From Nitrospirota bacterium (GTDB taxonomy: Bacteria; Nitrospirota; Nitrospiria; Nitrospirales; NS-4): a stretch of 64,000 bases of DNA. The position numbers were made by a program, and so were the translations under genes. The stretch is taken from assembly GCA_963788195.1 (NCBI GenBank), contig CAWBGA010000005.1, forward strand, positions 194,701 through 258,700. Direction: 5' to 3'. Every line of letters starts with the position of its first letter. Positions within the stretch are counted from its first letter, which is position 1. Shown in pieces: positions 41,164 to 50,665 of the stretch. Below the pieces are notes generated by a model. That model did no database searches. It was not told the origin of the DNA and saw nothing but the letters and a program-made list of their open reading frames with translations.

Positions 41164-41586
41164 TTACTCCTTAACTTCCCATTGAGGATTCCAAGCGATT
41201 TCCCACAGGTGCCCATCTAAATCCTGGAAGTATCCGGCGTACCCTCCCCAAAAGCGGTCGTGCGCAGGGTCTGTGATTGTGGCTCCTGCTTTTGCTGCCT
41301 GCTTCATGACTGCGTCGACTTCCTGTTTGGATTTGACGATATGGCCGATGGAAAATTCCGCAGGGCTTGGCGGATTCACGGAGACCTTTGCATCCTTGGC
41401 TAGAGCAGCCCTTGGCCACAGCGCCAAGATCAAATCGTCGTTCATGTAAAAGAAGACGACTGCGCCATCCTCAAATTCAGTGCCGATGATCCCTTCCGTC
41501 GCTAAACCCATCCCGTCCCGATAAAAAGCCAGAGATTTTTGCAAATCGCTGACGCCTAATGTGATGATTTTGATGCGTGGTTTCAT
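41164..41586 (-). CDS. VOC/glyoxalase family protein
   Basis: ITLGV.DL..S..FY, FWGGY.GYF.D.DGHLWEIAWNP. Confidence 0.9.
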   Translation of the reverse strand: MKPRIKIITLGVSDLQKSLAFYRDGMGLATEGIIGTEFEDGAVVFFYMNDDLILALWPRAALAKDAKVSVNPPSPAEFSIGHIVKSKQEVDAVMKQAAKAGATITDPAHDRFWGGYAGYFQDLDGHLWEIAWNPQWEVKE

Positions 41587-41727
41587 ATTTTTCTTCCAAA
41601 AATGTAATTGGACCCTACTTAGCGTCACCCATTACCGAATGCAATCACTGGATTTTTGCACGCCCCTGCGACACCCTGCTAGCCCTCGCTTTGTCTGGAT
41701 CCGCCCTTGCCCCGCGGCAGCGCCTGG

Positions 41728-42339
41728 TTAGGGGTCTGTCGTCGGGGAGAATATCTCCCCAGGTCCAAGCCGATATACCCCAACCACAAAGCTCATAATA
41801 TCCGATACGTCATCGGCGACGGGCAGTTCGACCGGCTGATGGATTTGCCCGCCTGAATCGACCCACACTGAATAGGGGACGAACGTGCATCGCCCGCGTT
41901 TTGCCGGCCGGCGCCGCGCGTTCCCTGTGTTGATCGGTGATAGGGCGATCCGCTCAGCGTGTTGTGCCACGAGTCGCTTGGTGTCAACTTTCAGAACGAC
42001 CTGAGGCCGCGGTTCGCAGGCGCCACGTTGCCGGTTGAGTCGATCCAAATCCAGCCAGAAGAACACCTGGGAGTTGATCAGTGCGTACCATTCTGAGGGC
42101 GTCATGCCGACGAGGCACTTCTTCAACGCGTTCGCGGGCATGGGCTTCTGGTCACGCACATATGCTCCGTTCGGCAACTCCATGTGTTCGAGCCGCTGGC
42201 AGCATTCGAGCCGATCCCGCTCATTCCCGCGCACGCCGGCTAGGTCGAGAAGAGCCTTGGTGCTCAACAGACCGTCTCGACGAATGAACGGCCAGTTCGC
42301 AGCTTCGGCGAGATGGTATATATACGCCGGAAGGGTCAT
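41728..42339 (-). CDS. DUF7002-like protein, possible DarT-type ADP-ribosyltransferase fold
   Basis: YH....NW..I...GLLST, RDQKPM, N..VFFW, LSPINTG, late E-L-x-V. Confidence 0.6.
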   Translation of the reverse strand: MTLPAYIYHLAEAANWPFIRRDGLLSTKALLDLAGVRGNERDRLECCQRLEHMELPNGAYVRDQKPMPANALKKCLVGMTPSEWYALINSQVFFWLDLDRLNRQRGACEPRPQVVLKVDTKRLVAQHAERIALSPINTGNARRRPAKRGRCTFVPYSVWVDSGGQIHQPVELPVADDVSDIMSFVVGVYRLGPGEIFSPTTDP

Positions 42340-42616
42340 CTGCCTTGCTCCCTTTCCTCCTCCTAGCTCTTTGAGTATCATTCGTCGGCATATGTCGCGA
42401 GTTCTGAATGCCATCACCTTCACCTCTGAAGTAATTTTCTAACATACTTTGTAGCAACCGGACTCTAACCTAAGACATTTCAAGGAGTTTGGATCCGGCA
42501 CTGGCATTGCATTGTATATTGCTGGTCATTTGACCGCCGCCGCACGAGACCACCGCGCCCCCGGATGTGTCGAAGACTGTTTCTGGGGCCAGCCAAAATA
42601 ATCCCAAGGAGGCACA

Positions 42617-44254
42617 ATGTCAGAGAGCGTAAGACATATCATCTTCGGCGGTCTCGTTTTTATGTTTGGGCTATTTTGGTGCGACATCCTACCGGCCATT
42701 GCAGCAGCTAATTCGCCTGAAAGAAACTCCGTTCACGTCATCCGCCCGACGCACCCCCGGCAACCGGATGATTCCTTCACCAGGATGTTTCCGGGATTAC
42801 CATCGTTCAGCCCACAGACCGACGAAGCGCGCGAACGTGCTCGACAGCTAGGCGCGCAAGGCGGGGTGATTGACGCCTTGGACATCCTCACCGATCCGGT
42901 CCAATCGATCACGAACCCTGCTGTATTCAGTCCAAACAACCCGGATAATCCGAACATGACCGCGGGTGTGACCTTCTTCGGTCAGTTTCTGGACCACGAT
43001 CTCACGCTGGCCTTGAAAGCTCCGCTGTTCGAAAAAACGAACCCCAGAGCAACCACGAACTTTCGCACTGCAGCATTCGATCTCGACAGTGTCTACGGGG
43101 ATGGCCCCGAAGACTCACCGGAGCTCTACGACACGAGTTCCGGCGCCATCAAATTTCGCGTGGAACTGCTTCCGGGAGCGGAACTCGTCTCCCGCAAAGG
43201 CGCCGTTCGGTACGATTTGCCACGCGATGCGAACAACAATGCTATCATCGCAGATAGCCGGAACGACGAAAATATCATCATCAGCCAATTTCACCTGGCC
43301 ATGTTGAAATTTCACAACGCCGTCACCGATTGGTTGCGCGCGGGTCCCCAATATGCGCAAAGCTCGCCCAAACAGATTTTCAGAGAGGCGCAACGGCTGG
43401 TTCGCTGGCACTACCAGTGGATCGTCCTCAACGAATTCCTCCCACTGACGATTGGACAGGATCGTGTCGACGACATCCTCCGTCAGGGCCCCCGCTTCTA
43501 CCGGATACATGACCGAGGCGAGGACGCACATTACCGAAACGCAAAGAAAGAACCGTTGATTCCCATCGAATTCGCTGTGGCCGCCTACCGGTTCGGCCAT
43601 TCGCAGGTTCGCCCCAGCTATCGGCTCAATTTTGGTCCCGATGCCGGCCTGCCGTTTTTTGCGTTCGTCTTCGATGCGGCGGATCCCAACAATCCGGATC
43701 CAAATGACCTCCGGGGAGGGAAACGCGCACCACGCCGGTTCGTCGATTGGCAAACCTTCTTTGAATTCGACGCAAATTTTCGTCCGAACAAGCGGATTGA
43801 CGGCAAGCTATCAAGCATCCTGATGGCGATGCCGGGAACAGCCGGGCCCTCTCCTGGCCTGCCATCCGACGGGGTGCAATCCCTGCCCTCGCGCAATCTG
43901 ATGCGTCATGTCAACTTCGGAATTCCATCCGGTCAATCCATCGCGAACGTGATAGGCGTCCCAATTCTCACGTCGTCGCAGCTCGCGGACCTCACACCGT
44001 TCGGAATGGAGGGGAGCACCCCGCTCTGGTTCTATATCTTGAAGGAGTCGGAGATCGTGGAGAACGGCCTACGGCTGGGACCGGTCGGAAGCCTCATCGT
44101 CGGCGAAGTGTTTATCGGGCTTTTGAAGGCCGATGACCATTCGTATTTGGCCGTCGACCGGAAATGGAAACCAGTTCTGCCGTCCGTGCAACCCGGTCAG
44201 TTCCGCATCACCGACTTGCTGACCTTTGCTGGAGTCGTTCATCCGCTGAATTAG
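42617..44254 (+). CDS. Heme peroxidase (peroxidase-cyclooxygenase superfamily), probably exported
   Basis: FFGQFLDHD, D.RNDEN, YRFGHS, TPLWFYIL.E, LGPVG..IV.E; hydrophobic N-terminus. Confidence 0.9.
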   Translation: MSESVRHIIFGGLVFMFGLFWCDILPAIAAANSPERNSVHVIRPTHPRQPDDSFTRMFPGLPSFSPQTDEARERARQLGAQGGVIDALDILTDPVQSITNPAVFSPNNPDNPNMTAGVTFFGQFLDHDLTLALKAPLFEKTNPRATTNFRTAAFDLDSVYGDGPEDSPELYDTSSGAIKFRVELLPGAELVSRKGAVRYDLPRDANNNAIIADSRNDENIIISQFHLAMLKFHNAVTDWLRAGPQYAQSSPKQIFREAQRLVRWHYQWIVLNEFLPLTIGQDRVDDILRQGPRFYRIHDRGEDAHYRNAKKEPLIPIEFAVAAYRFGHSQVRPSYRLNFGPDAGLPFFAFVFDAADPNNPDPNDLRGGKRAPRRFVDWQTFFEFDANFRPNKRIDGKLSSILMAMPGTAGPSPGLPSDGVQSLPSRNLMRHVNFGIPSGQSIANVIGVPILTSSQLADLTPFGMEGSTPLWFYILKESEIVENGLRLGPVGSLIVGEVFIGLLKADDHSYLAVDRKWKPVLPSVQPGQFRITDLLTFAGVVHPLN

Positions 44255-44375
44255 GAGTACTACCCCAGATCTGCGGGCATCCTCACAAGAGGATCCCGCA
44301 GGTCTCCTCCAGCAATCACCCCACGATGCGCTTGAAGGGCCAACGATACAAAAGAAGTGAGCGGTCTTGAGACGG

Positions 44376-45206
44376 CTAGCGCCGCTTCGAGAACGCGGCA
44401 GTGAGAAGTGACTCACCGTTTTTGTAGGCGATGCGCTCCGCGACCTCCATCGGCAGGTCGGCAAGCCACTTGCGCAGCCAAGTGCCGTTCGAGCCGACGA
44501 TGCTCCAGCGCTGGGGCTCGTAGGTGTCGGTGCCGACCATGAAGCGGTCGGGAAACTCCAGGAAGGTCTTGCGCCATTCCGCAGTCACCTGACCGTTCGT
44601 CGCGACGTCACCGCGGGACGAGAGTTCGGCCCAGAGGTTCTTGTAGTTGCGCATCATCGCGCGCACATGCGGCGGCTGTTCGAAGCCGGCATGTGCCCAG
44701 ATAATGCGTGCTTCGGGATCCTGACGGAACATGCGCTCCACCGCATCGGCATCAGAATGTACGTGCAGCATGAGGCCGTGCTGCTTCGCCAGTTGCACGA
44801 TGTGACGCACCACCGGCAGGTCTGCTCCTGGGCCGCTTACGTGGAACTCCCCGAGCGCGATGTACTTGTACTTCTTTAGCCGCTCCTCGACGTGCCCGAT
44901 GATCGATTCGTCGCGCACCCAGTTGGAGATCTCTTCACGTGTACGGTATGGCCGCAGTTCGGGAATAATCAGGTCCGGGGCCTCTGCGTAAAGCTTCTGC
45001 GTGCCCTCGTCGCTGGAACTTGAGACGAGCGCGCGCACCATGCCAGCCTTCCGCAACAGCGCGATCGCCTCTTTCGGCGGGACGACTTCCCACGCGTCAT
45101 AGTTGTAGTGAATGTGCGCATCGAAGATCGGGAGTTCGGTTCCGCGCGCAGGCCCCGTCGCGCCAAGCATGAGCACGATCGTAATAGCCGGGAAAAATGG
45201 GGACAT
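44376..45206 (-). CDS. Amidohydrolase family protein, exported
   Basis: FDAHIHY, GEFH, H.H.D, WAHAG, FPDRFMVGTD. Confidence 0.85.
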   Translation of the reverse strand: MSPFFPAITIVLMLGATGPARGTELPIFDAHIHYNYDAWEVVPPKEAIALLRKAGMVRALVSSSSDEGTQKLYAEAPDLIIPELRPYRTREEISNWVRDESIIGHVEERLKKYKYIALGEFHVSGPGADLPVVRHIVQLAKQHGLMLHVHSDADAVERMFRQDPEARIIWAHAGFEQPPHVRAMMRNYKNLWAELSSRGDVATNGQVTAEWRKTFLEFPDRFMVGTDTYEPQRWSIVGSNGTWLRKWLADLPMEVAERIAYKNGESLLTAAFSKRR

Positions 45207-45333
45207 TTTCCTTTCTCTCCGGACATGGATGCGTCAATCATCGCGGATGATGACGACGATGGTGGCGATTTTCGCCGGGTGACGCAGAGTTGTCAATGCT
45301 CTCTGGCAGGTCCGAAGAGTTGGAGGCTTACTG

Positions 45334-45945
45334 TCAGAACCGCATGCCCAAATACAATCCCGGCATGACATTCGTGTGGAGGTCCACATCACGTCCGCCA
45401 GCGTGGACGGTTTCGCCAAGAGATGTGAAATTGACAAGGAGGTCGGCCGTGACGGCGACGTGCTTGCTTACGGTATAGTCAAGTCCAACACCAACCGGGA
45501 TCAAGAACGAGGTATACGTATCTGCAGGGGCGCCGCTGTCGTTGTCCTTGATATCGGCTCGGACGAACCCGATCCCACCCTGTACCACGAGCTTGGCCAA
45601 GTTCTGACGCCCCGGAATGCCCCACCAGTACTTGGCTTGGGCGGACAAGCCGAAGATTATATCGTTGCCCGCGCCAGCATACTGCGCTAATGGGCCCAAA
45701 GAAACATTGGGTGTGAAGAAATAATCGGCATGCCCGTTGAGCGCAACCTCGGCGGCACCATCAGGTGTGTTGCCCAAAAAGCCAATCCCTGTCCCACCCG
45801 ACCAGTGACCCTGCCTTAGATTATTGATGTCAGCATACGCTAGACCGGGCGCAACCAGGCCCAGCGAACACACAACGATAGCAAGGAGGGCAAGCACCAC
45901 AACAAACCTATTGTTGGTTGGCGTCTCTTTATAGACTCCATCCAT
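45334..45945 (-). CDS. Outer membrane beta-barrel protein
   Basis: Signal peptide, amphipathic strands, terminal F. Confidence 0.75.
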   Translation of the reverse strand: MDGVYKETPTNNRFVVVLALLAIVVCSLGLVAPGLAYADINNLRQGHWSGGTGIGFLGNTPDGAAEVALNGHADYFFTPNVSLGPLAQYAGAGNDIIFGLSAQAKYWWGIPGRQNLAKLVVQGGIGFVRADIKDNDSGAPADTYTSFLIPVGVGLDYTVSKHVAVTADLLVNFTSLGETVHAGGRDVDLHTNVMPGLYLGMRF

Positions 45946-46034
45946 TATGTTCAGCCAGTGGTAAGATACACGTGCATCGGGACACCGTCACGCAGAACGA
46001 CCGGCGTGTCATTACCAACTCTGACCCTATTTGT

Positions 46035-46400
46035 TCAAGGGCCCTTTGGCTTCCAGAGGCCGAGCGCTGCGCCGGTCGGGTCGCTGATGATGCTCAGCCA
46101 CCCGGCGCCCGGCACTTCCGTGACGTCACGTATGATCTTGGCGCCCAGTGACTTGGCCTTCTGCGTCGAGGCCGTGACATCTTCCACCGCTACATACGCC
46201 AGCCACGACGACGGCTCGCCGGGCACCGGGTGCTTCAGCATCCCTCCGCCGGTCCCCGTACCAGGCTTGATCATTGTGTACTGTCCGCTGGGGCCCATCG
46301 CTACGTCTTCGAGCTTCCAGTCAAACAACTGTCCATAGAATTTCTTCGCCTTATCGACGTCTGTCGTGTTTAGCTCGACATGCACAAAAGGATTTGCCAT
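46035..46400 (-). CDS. VOC family protein
   Basis: FVH.EL.T.D..AK.FY..LF.W, W..Y..V.DV, DPTGA..GLW; AGGAGG RBS. Confidence 0.9.
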   Translation of the reverse strand: MANPFVHVELNTTDVDKAKKFYGQLFDWKLEDVAMGPSGQYTMIKPGTGTGGGMLKHPVPGEPSSWLAYVAVEDVTASTQKAKSLGAKIIRDVTEVPGAGWLSIISDPTGAALGLWKPKGP

Positions 46401-46410
46401 TGCCTTCCTC

Positions 46411-46827
46411 CTATTTGATCCACTCCATCTTATTCGGATCGAACGGTGGCTGGGCGAAGTCCACCAATGTGAGTTCGCCGCCCTCTGCCTTGATGCCATG
46501 CACCACGCCTGCCGGGACGTGAACGATCATACCGGGCTTGAGCACGATCGTCTCACTCCCGTGGGTCATCGTCCCGACACCGCTGACAATGTAAACCACG
46601 TGCGTCCCATCGTGATGCCGGTGCGGCTTGACTTCATTCTTAATCGCGACCGCGCCTACAGTAAAGGTGGCGGTCTTGACGATCGCCTTGTTGGTGAAGC
46701 CCGGCCGCTGCTCTCCCTGCTTGACCTGATCGCTGAACTCGAAGACGTGGTTTTCAGCGAAGACGGGTCCTCCGACCAGACTCATTCCCGTGAGCACTGC
46801 CAATCCCAATCCTAGCTTGTTCACCAT
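46411..46827 (-). CDS. Exported cupin domain protein
   Basis: PH.H....YIVSG.G...L.PG....VPAG..H. Confidence 0.85.
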   Translation of the reverse strand: MVNKLGLGLAVLTGMSLVGGPVFAENHVFEFSDQVKQGEQRPGFTNKAIVKTATFTVGAVAIKNEVKPHRHHDGTHVVYIVSGVGTMTHGSETIVLKPGMIVHVPAGVVHGIKAEGGELTLVDFAQPPFDPNKMEWIK

Positions 46828-46875
46828 TCGTTTCTCCTTTTAGCGTGGTTGATCATGAGCCATTCCTTTGCTCCT

Positions 46876-48465
46876 TTACTCATCTCTCGCTGCCCGAAGT
46901 TCCAGACGCGCGGCCAAGTAAAGTGTCAGTGCATGCGCTTGGAGATGAATCCCGGCGAGCCCGATATAGCCATCGGGACGCAACAGGTAGAAGGACGGCT
47001 TTGGGATGCCCGCGCGGACGAGCTCCCGATCATTGATCGGGTCGTCGGGTACGAGAAGAACATGAATGAGGCTGTTAAGTTCTGGTAGATCGGTAAAAAG
47101 AGCCGGTTGCCCGATCACGATGAGATTGAAGCGTGTATCGTCGAGCCTCGCGAACAAATCCTCAGCGGGAGTGTTCGAGACGAGTTTGAGCCGCAGCCAC
47201 GGAAATCGGTCACCTGCTTGCGGCGCATGGCTGGAGAAGCCTGCCGGCGTCTCTGAGAGAGGACTCCTCCGGTAGTGAATGCCAATCTGAGAGATCGTGC
47301 GAAACGCAAACTTCCGTATCCGGTCAAACGTCATCGCGATCGCGAGGATCTTGGCGAGCAGGCGGGTGCGGAAAATGCCCGCCAGCCACCGGTCAGAGAC
47401 GATGAGCGAGAAAGCCTGGTCGGTTGTCTTCAGCAGCCGCTCAGCGACCGGAACGCGCTCGATCTCGTAGGAGGCAAGCAAGCCTTCGCCGGCACGTCCC
47501 GACACGACGAGCGCCAGCTTCCAGCCAAGGTTATACGCGTCCTGCAGCCCGGTGTTCATGCCTTGAGCGCCAACGGGGCTGTGAATGTGCGCCGCATCGC
47601 CCAACAGAAAGCAGCGGCGGTCGCGAAATCTTTCGGCGCGCCGGTGATGAATCCGATACGTCGAGAACCAGTGGCATTCCTGAAATACGAGCGTTCCGGC
47701 CACCTGCTCGCGAATCGACGGAAACACCGAAGCGAACTCCAGATCGTCGCGCGAGCGCAGGTGCCCCGGCACGATCCCGACCACACGCCAGTGATGAGTC
47801 CCGCGCATCGGAAAGAAGAGGTGAAATCCATCGCGAAACAAAAAGACGTTGAGTTCACCGGTCACCATCGGCCCGGTCAGTGAGGTGTCGGCGACAAAAA
47901 ACACATGTTCGTAAGGCGCGCCCTGAAAGGCAATCCCGTTCAGGGTGCGTACCGCGCTGTGCGCGCCGTCACAACCCGCAACCCATTTCGCCTTGATCTC
48001 CCGCATCGAACCATCCGCCTGCTTGAGTGTTGCCGACACGTGCTCGGCGCTTTGCGCAAGGCCGACCAGTTCTGTGCTCCACTGCACGTCCATTCCCCAG
48101 TTGCGTAAGGCTTCTCCAAGGAGCCGCTCGTTATCGTCCTGGCCCAGGATCAGCAGAAAGGGATATGGACTAAGATCGCGTCCGATGTCGCCGAGAGGGA
48201 CGCGTGCAGCTTGTCGTCCCCCGACCCACATGTTCGCGCCGGTGGCGCGCGTGCCCAACTCGAGTGCTTGTTGGATGATACCGAGCTGCGAATAAATCTC
48301 AAGCGTGCGCGCCTGTACGCCGAGAGCTTTCGTTTGGAGTGATGGACCCGGATGCCGGTCGATGATCAGCGTGCGGACGTCGCGCCGCCCCAATTGATTG
48401 CCGAGCATGAGCCCCGTCGGGCCGGCCCCGACGACGAGGACGTCAATATTCGCCGGGATGGTCAA
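46876..48465 (-). CDS. FAD-dependent monooxygenase (group A aromatic hydroxylase family)
   Basis: GAGPTG, GCDGAHS.VR, GDAAH.HSP.G.QGMN.G.QDA.NL.WKL, RPDGY. Confidence 0.92.
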   Translation of the reverse strand: MTIPANIDVLVVGAGPTGLMLGNQLGRRDVRTLIIDRHPGPSLQTKALGVQARTLEIYSQLGIIQQALELGTRATGANMWVGGRQAARVPLGDIGRDLSPYPFLLILGQDDNERLLGEALRNWGMDVQWSTELVGLAQSAEHVSATLKQADGSMREIKAKWVAGCDGAHSAVRTLNGIAFQGAPYEHVFFVADTSLTGPMVTGELNVFLFRDGFHLFFPMRGTHHWRVVGIVPGHLRSRDDLEFASVFPSIREQVAGTLVFQECHWFSTYRIHHRRAERFRDRRCFLLGDAAHIHSPVGAQGMNTGLQDAYNLGWKLALVVSGRAGEGLLASYEIERVPVAERLLKTTDQAFSLIVSDRWLAGIFRTRLLAKILAIAMTFDRIRKFAFRTISQIGIHYRRSPLSETPAGFSSHAPQAGDRFPWLRLKLVSNTPAEDLFARLDDTRFNLIVIGQPALFTDLPELNSLIHVLLVPDDPINDRELVRAGIPKPSFYLLRPDGYIGLAGIHLQAHALTLYLAARLELRAARDE

Positions 48466-48488
48466 TTCAGAATGGATGCGCTCTGCTG

Positions 48489-48713
48489 TTACTTCTTCTT
48501 CGAGGAAGACTTCCTGGAAGAAGATTTCTTAGACGACGACTTCTTAGACGGCACCTTCGCTCCGGCGCGTCGGGCTTGCGACAACCCAATGGCAATCGCC
48601 TGTTTGCGGCTTTTTACCGTCTTTCCCGATCGGCCGCTCTTCAGCTTTCCCCTCTTGCGCTCGTGCATCGCCTTCTCGACTTTTTCGGATGCTTTCTTGC
48701 CGTATCTGGCCAT
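48489..48713 (-). CDS. Small basic protein (DUF6496-like)
   Basis: MHE.K.G.LKSG.SG..VKSRKQAIAIGLS.AR..G.KVP. Confidence 0.8.
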   Translation of the reverse strand: MARYGKKASEKVEKAMHERKRGKLKSGRSGKTVKSRKQAIAIGLSQARRAGAKVPSKKSSSKKSSSRKSSSKKK

Positions 48714-48808
48714 TGTTACTCCTAGAGTACAGCCCGGTGGTCTTTCCCGGGAGCAAGCGGGCAAAGGCCCGCTTGCTCCCATCCGTCTGGAGCGCCCCTA
48801 ATCAGCCC

Positions 48809-49333
48809 TTATTGAATCACACCACAGGCAATGCGTGCGCCTCCGCCGCCGAGCGGAGCGGGTTGGTCCGAATAATTATCGCCACCTGCATGGATCATTA
48901 AGGAACGGCCTTTGACATCAGCCATTTTCAAGCGCGGTGCCAACACCGCTTGCTTTGCATTCCCGTCGGCATCCACGAACAATGCAGGCAAATCCCCCTG
49001 ATGACCATCCCCCCAGGGTGAACCATGTTTTTTGGTTCCTGCTGGATCATTATGGCCGCCGGCTGCCCAGGCGGGTGCGGGTTTTCCGTCCTTTTCTTTC
49101 GGATCACAAGTCGGATTTTCATGCATATGAAAACCATGCGGCCCGGGTGGGAGACCCGTGAGTTCCGGGGTCAAAACAAGGCCATATTGGCTTTCGCTGA
49201 TTGTTACTTTGCCAATTTCTTTCCCCACACCCTTGTCATCAACAAGATTCATGCTCGCGCCGGTATCTGCCTGCGCAGCGACACCTATAGAGAGCGCGCC
49301 AATCACCAAAAGAAATTGCAACGGTCTTTTCAT
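48809..49333 (-). CDS. sodC: Cu/Zn superoxide dismutase
   Basis: Signal peptide, HGFHMH, GGH.DP..H, GH.GDLP, MIH.GGDN, GARIACG. Confidence 0.96.
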   Translation of the reverse strand: MKRPLQFLLVIGALSIGVAAQADTGASMNLVDDKGVGKEIGKVTISESQYGLVLTPELTGLPPGPHGFHMHENPTCDPKEKDGKPAPAWAAGGHNDPAGTKKHGSPWGDGHQGDLPALFVDADGNAKQAVLAPRLKMADVKGRSLMIHAGGDNYSDQPAPLGGGGARIACGVIQ

Positions 49334-49571
49334 ACTTTTCTCCTTATTACACCAGGTTAACTATTGGGAATGTTAGTCAGCATGGAGCTTAATATCAGGA
49401 TTGCGCGTGGGTTTCCATTCGTCGAAAGAGATGATACTAGTGCCACCAGTACCAAAGACCTTCGCTTTGCACGATGGCCACAAACCCAGGATTAGAGCTC
49501 AGAACAATAGGTTTATTTCGACGCGGAGACTTCGTTAAAGCGGACGCGGTTACCGCGGGGGCAAAGGAGTT

Positions 49572-49620
49572 TGTCCCACGGGACAAAAGCCTGTCTCGGC
49601 AGGCTTGGGGCGGGTGGGTG
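49572..49620 (+). repeat. Double-hairpin plus G-rich tail repeat
   Basis: Reverse complement matches 22262-22310 at 45/49 positions. Confidence 0.85.
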
Positions 49621-49639
49621 CAATAAGATCTCGGAGAAA

Positions 49640-50029
49640 CTATCCCGGCGGCCTTAAATAATCATCAGGCCTTCGGGTCGAGCAAGCTTTGCTTGGCGGG
49701 CGGGTGCAATGACCGCGAGGCTGATCAATCCATTCCCGTTCAAGGATCGAGTACGAGGGCGGGCAAACTTTTTCCGTGATCTCTTGATGGAATTCGTCAA
49801 GGCCGCTTACTCGCATAAACACGGTCGAGCCCGGGCAGCAATCACCGTGATGTTCTGTGAGGTGCAGCAGGCAGCCGCCGCGTGACACCTGCATATATAC
49901 GGGTGCATTTGGATCAAATCTATGCTCCCAATCAATCTTGAAGCCCAGGAAGCCGACGTAGAACTCTTTCGCTTTCGTGACATCAAAGATGCGCAGGATC
50001 GGAATCGTTTGCAGAATGTTCAGAGGCAT
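49640..50029 (-). CDS. Glyoxalase superfamily protein with aberrant C-terminus
   Basis: PILRIFD..KA.EFY..FLGF..DWEHRF...P.YMQ...LHL.EHHGD; similarity lost after about residue 88. Confidence 0.7.
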   Translation of the reverse strand: MPLNILQTIPILRIFDVTKAKEFYVGFLGFKIDWEHRFDPNAPVYMQVSRGGCLLHLTEHHGDCCPGSTVFMRVSGLDEFHQEITEKVCPPSYSILEREWIDQPRGHCTRPPSKACSTRRPDDYLRPPG

Positions 50030-50051
50030 GAGTGTTCCTAGCCTTATCTCA

Positions 50052-50648
50052 CTAGATTTTCGGAATACGTAGCGTTTTGCTGATCATCAAGGTGCCGGAC
50101 ATGACGAATAGCAACGACAGCGGGTGCAGATCCCAAGGTCCGAATGTCCACGTGCCCCAGTAAAGGTTCTCGCCTAGACGGCCCTGCCAGGCAGCGAGGG
50201 CCAGCACACCGCTCAGCAGCACGCTCGTAGGAATAGGTGTGCCTTCGAAGTAGGCAACCTTGTCCTTGCCCTCCGAGAGGAGTTCGGCGGTGACGTTGTA
50301 GCGGGCCAATCGGCTTACCCCGCAGCAGACGAAGTAAATGAGCGCTACCCAGTCCCACCCTCTGCGTAAACCGGCGGCGAATCCAAGTGCCGCCGGCGCG
50401 ACCCCGAACGAGATGATGTCAGCAAGAGAATCCAACTCGCGCCCGAGCGCCGAATGCGTGTGACGCGATCGCGCGACGCTGCCGTCGAGCACATCGAATA
50501 TCAACGCCGCGGGCACCAAGGCCGCCGCTGCGAAGAAGTAGGGCAAGGATTGGCTGCTCATGTAGGTCATGGCGCAGAAAACCGCTGCCACGCCGCAGGC
50601 AGCATTGGCCAGAGTGAAAAAGTCGGCCAAATGAAACCCGCGGATCAT
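50052..50648 (-). CDS. CDP-alcohol phosphatidyltransferase (PssA-like)
   Basis: D.LDG.VAR.....S.LG.ELDSLAD.ISFG, RLARYN, FEG.PIP. Confidence 0.88.
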   Translation of the reverse strand: MIRGFHLADFFTLANAACGVAAVFCAMTYMSSQSLPYFFAAAALVPAALIFDVLDGSVARSRHTHSALGRELDSLADIISFGVAPAALGFAAGLRRGWDWVALIYFVCCGVSRLARYNVTAELLSEGKDKVAYFEGTPIPTSVLLSGVLALAAWQGRLGENLYWGTWTFGPWDLHPLSLLFVMSGTLMISKTLRIPKI

Positions 50649-50665
50649 CGAGAAATGGCGACCTA

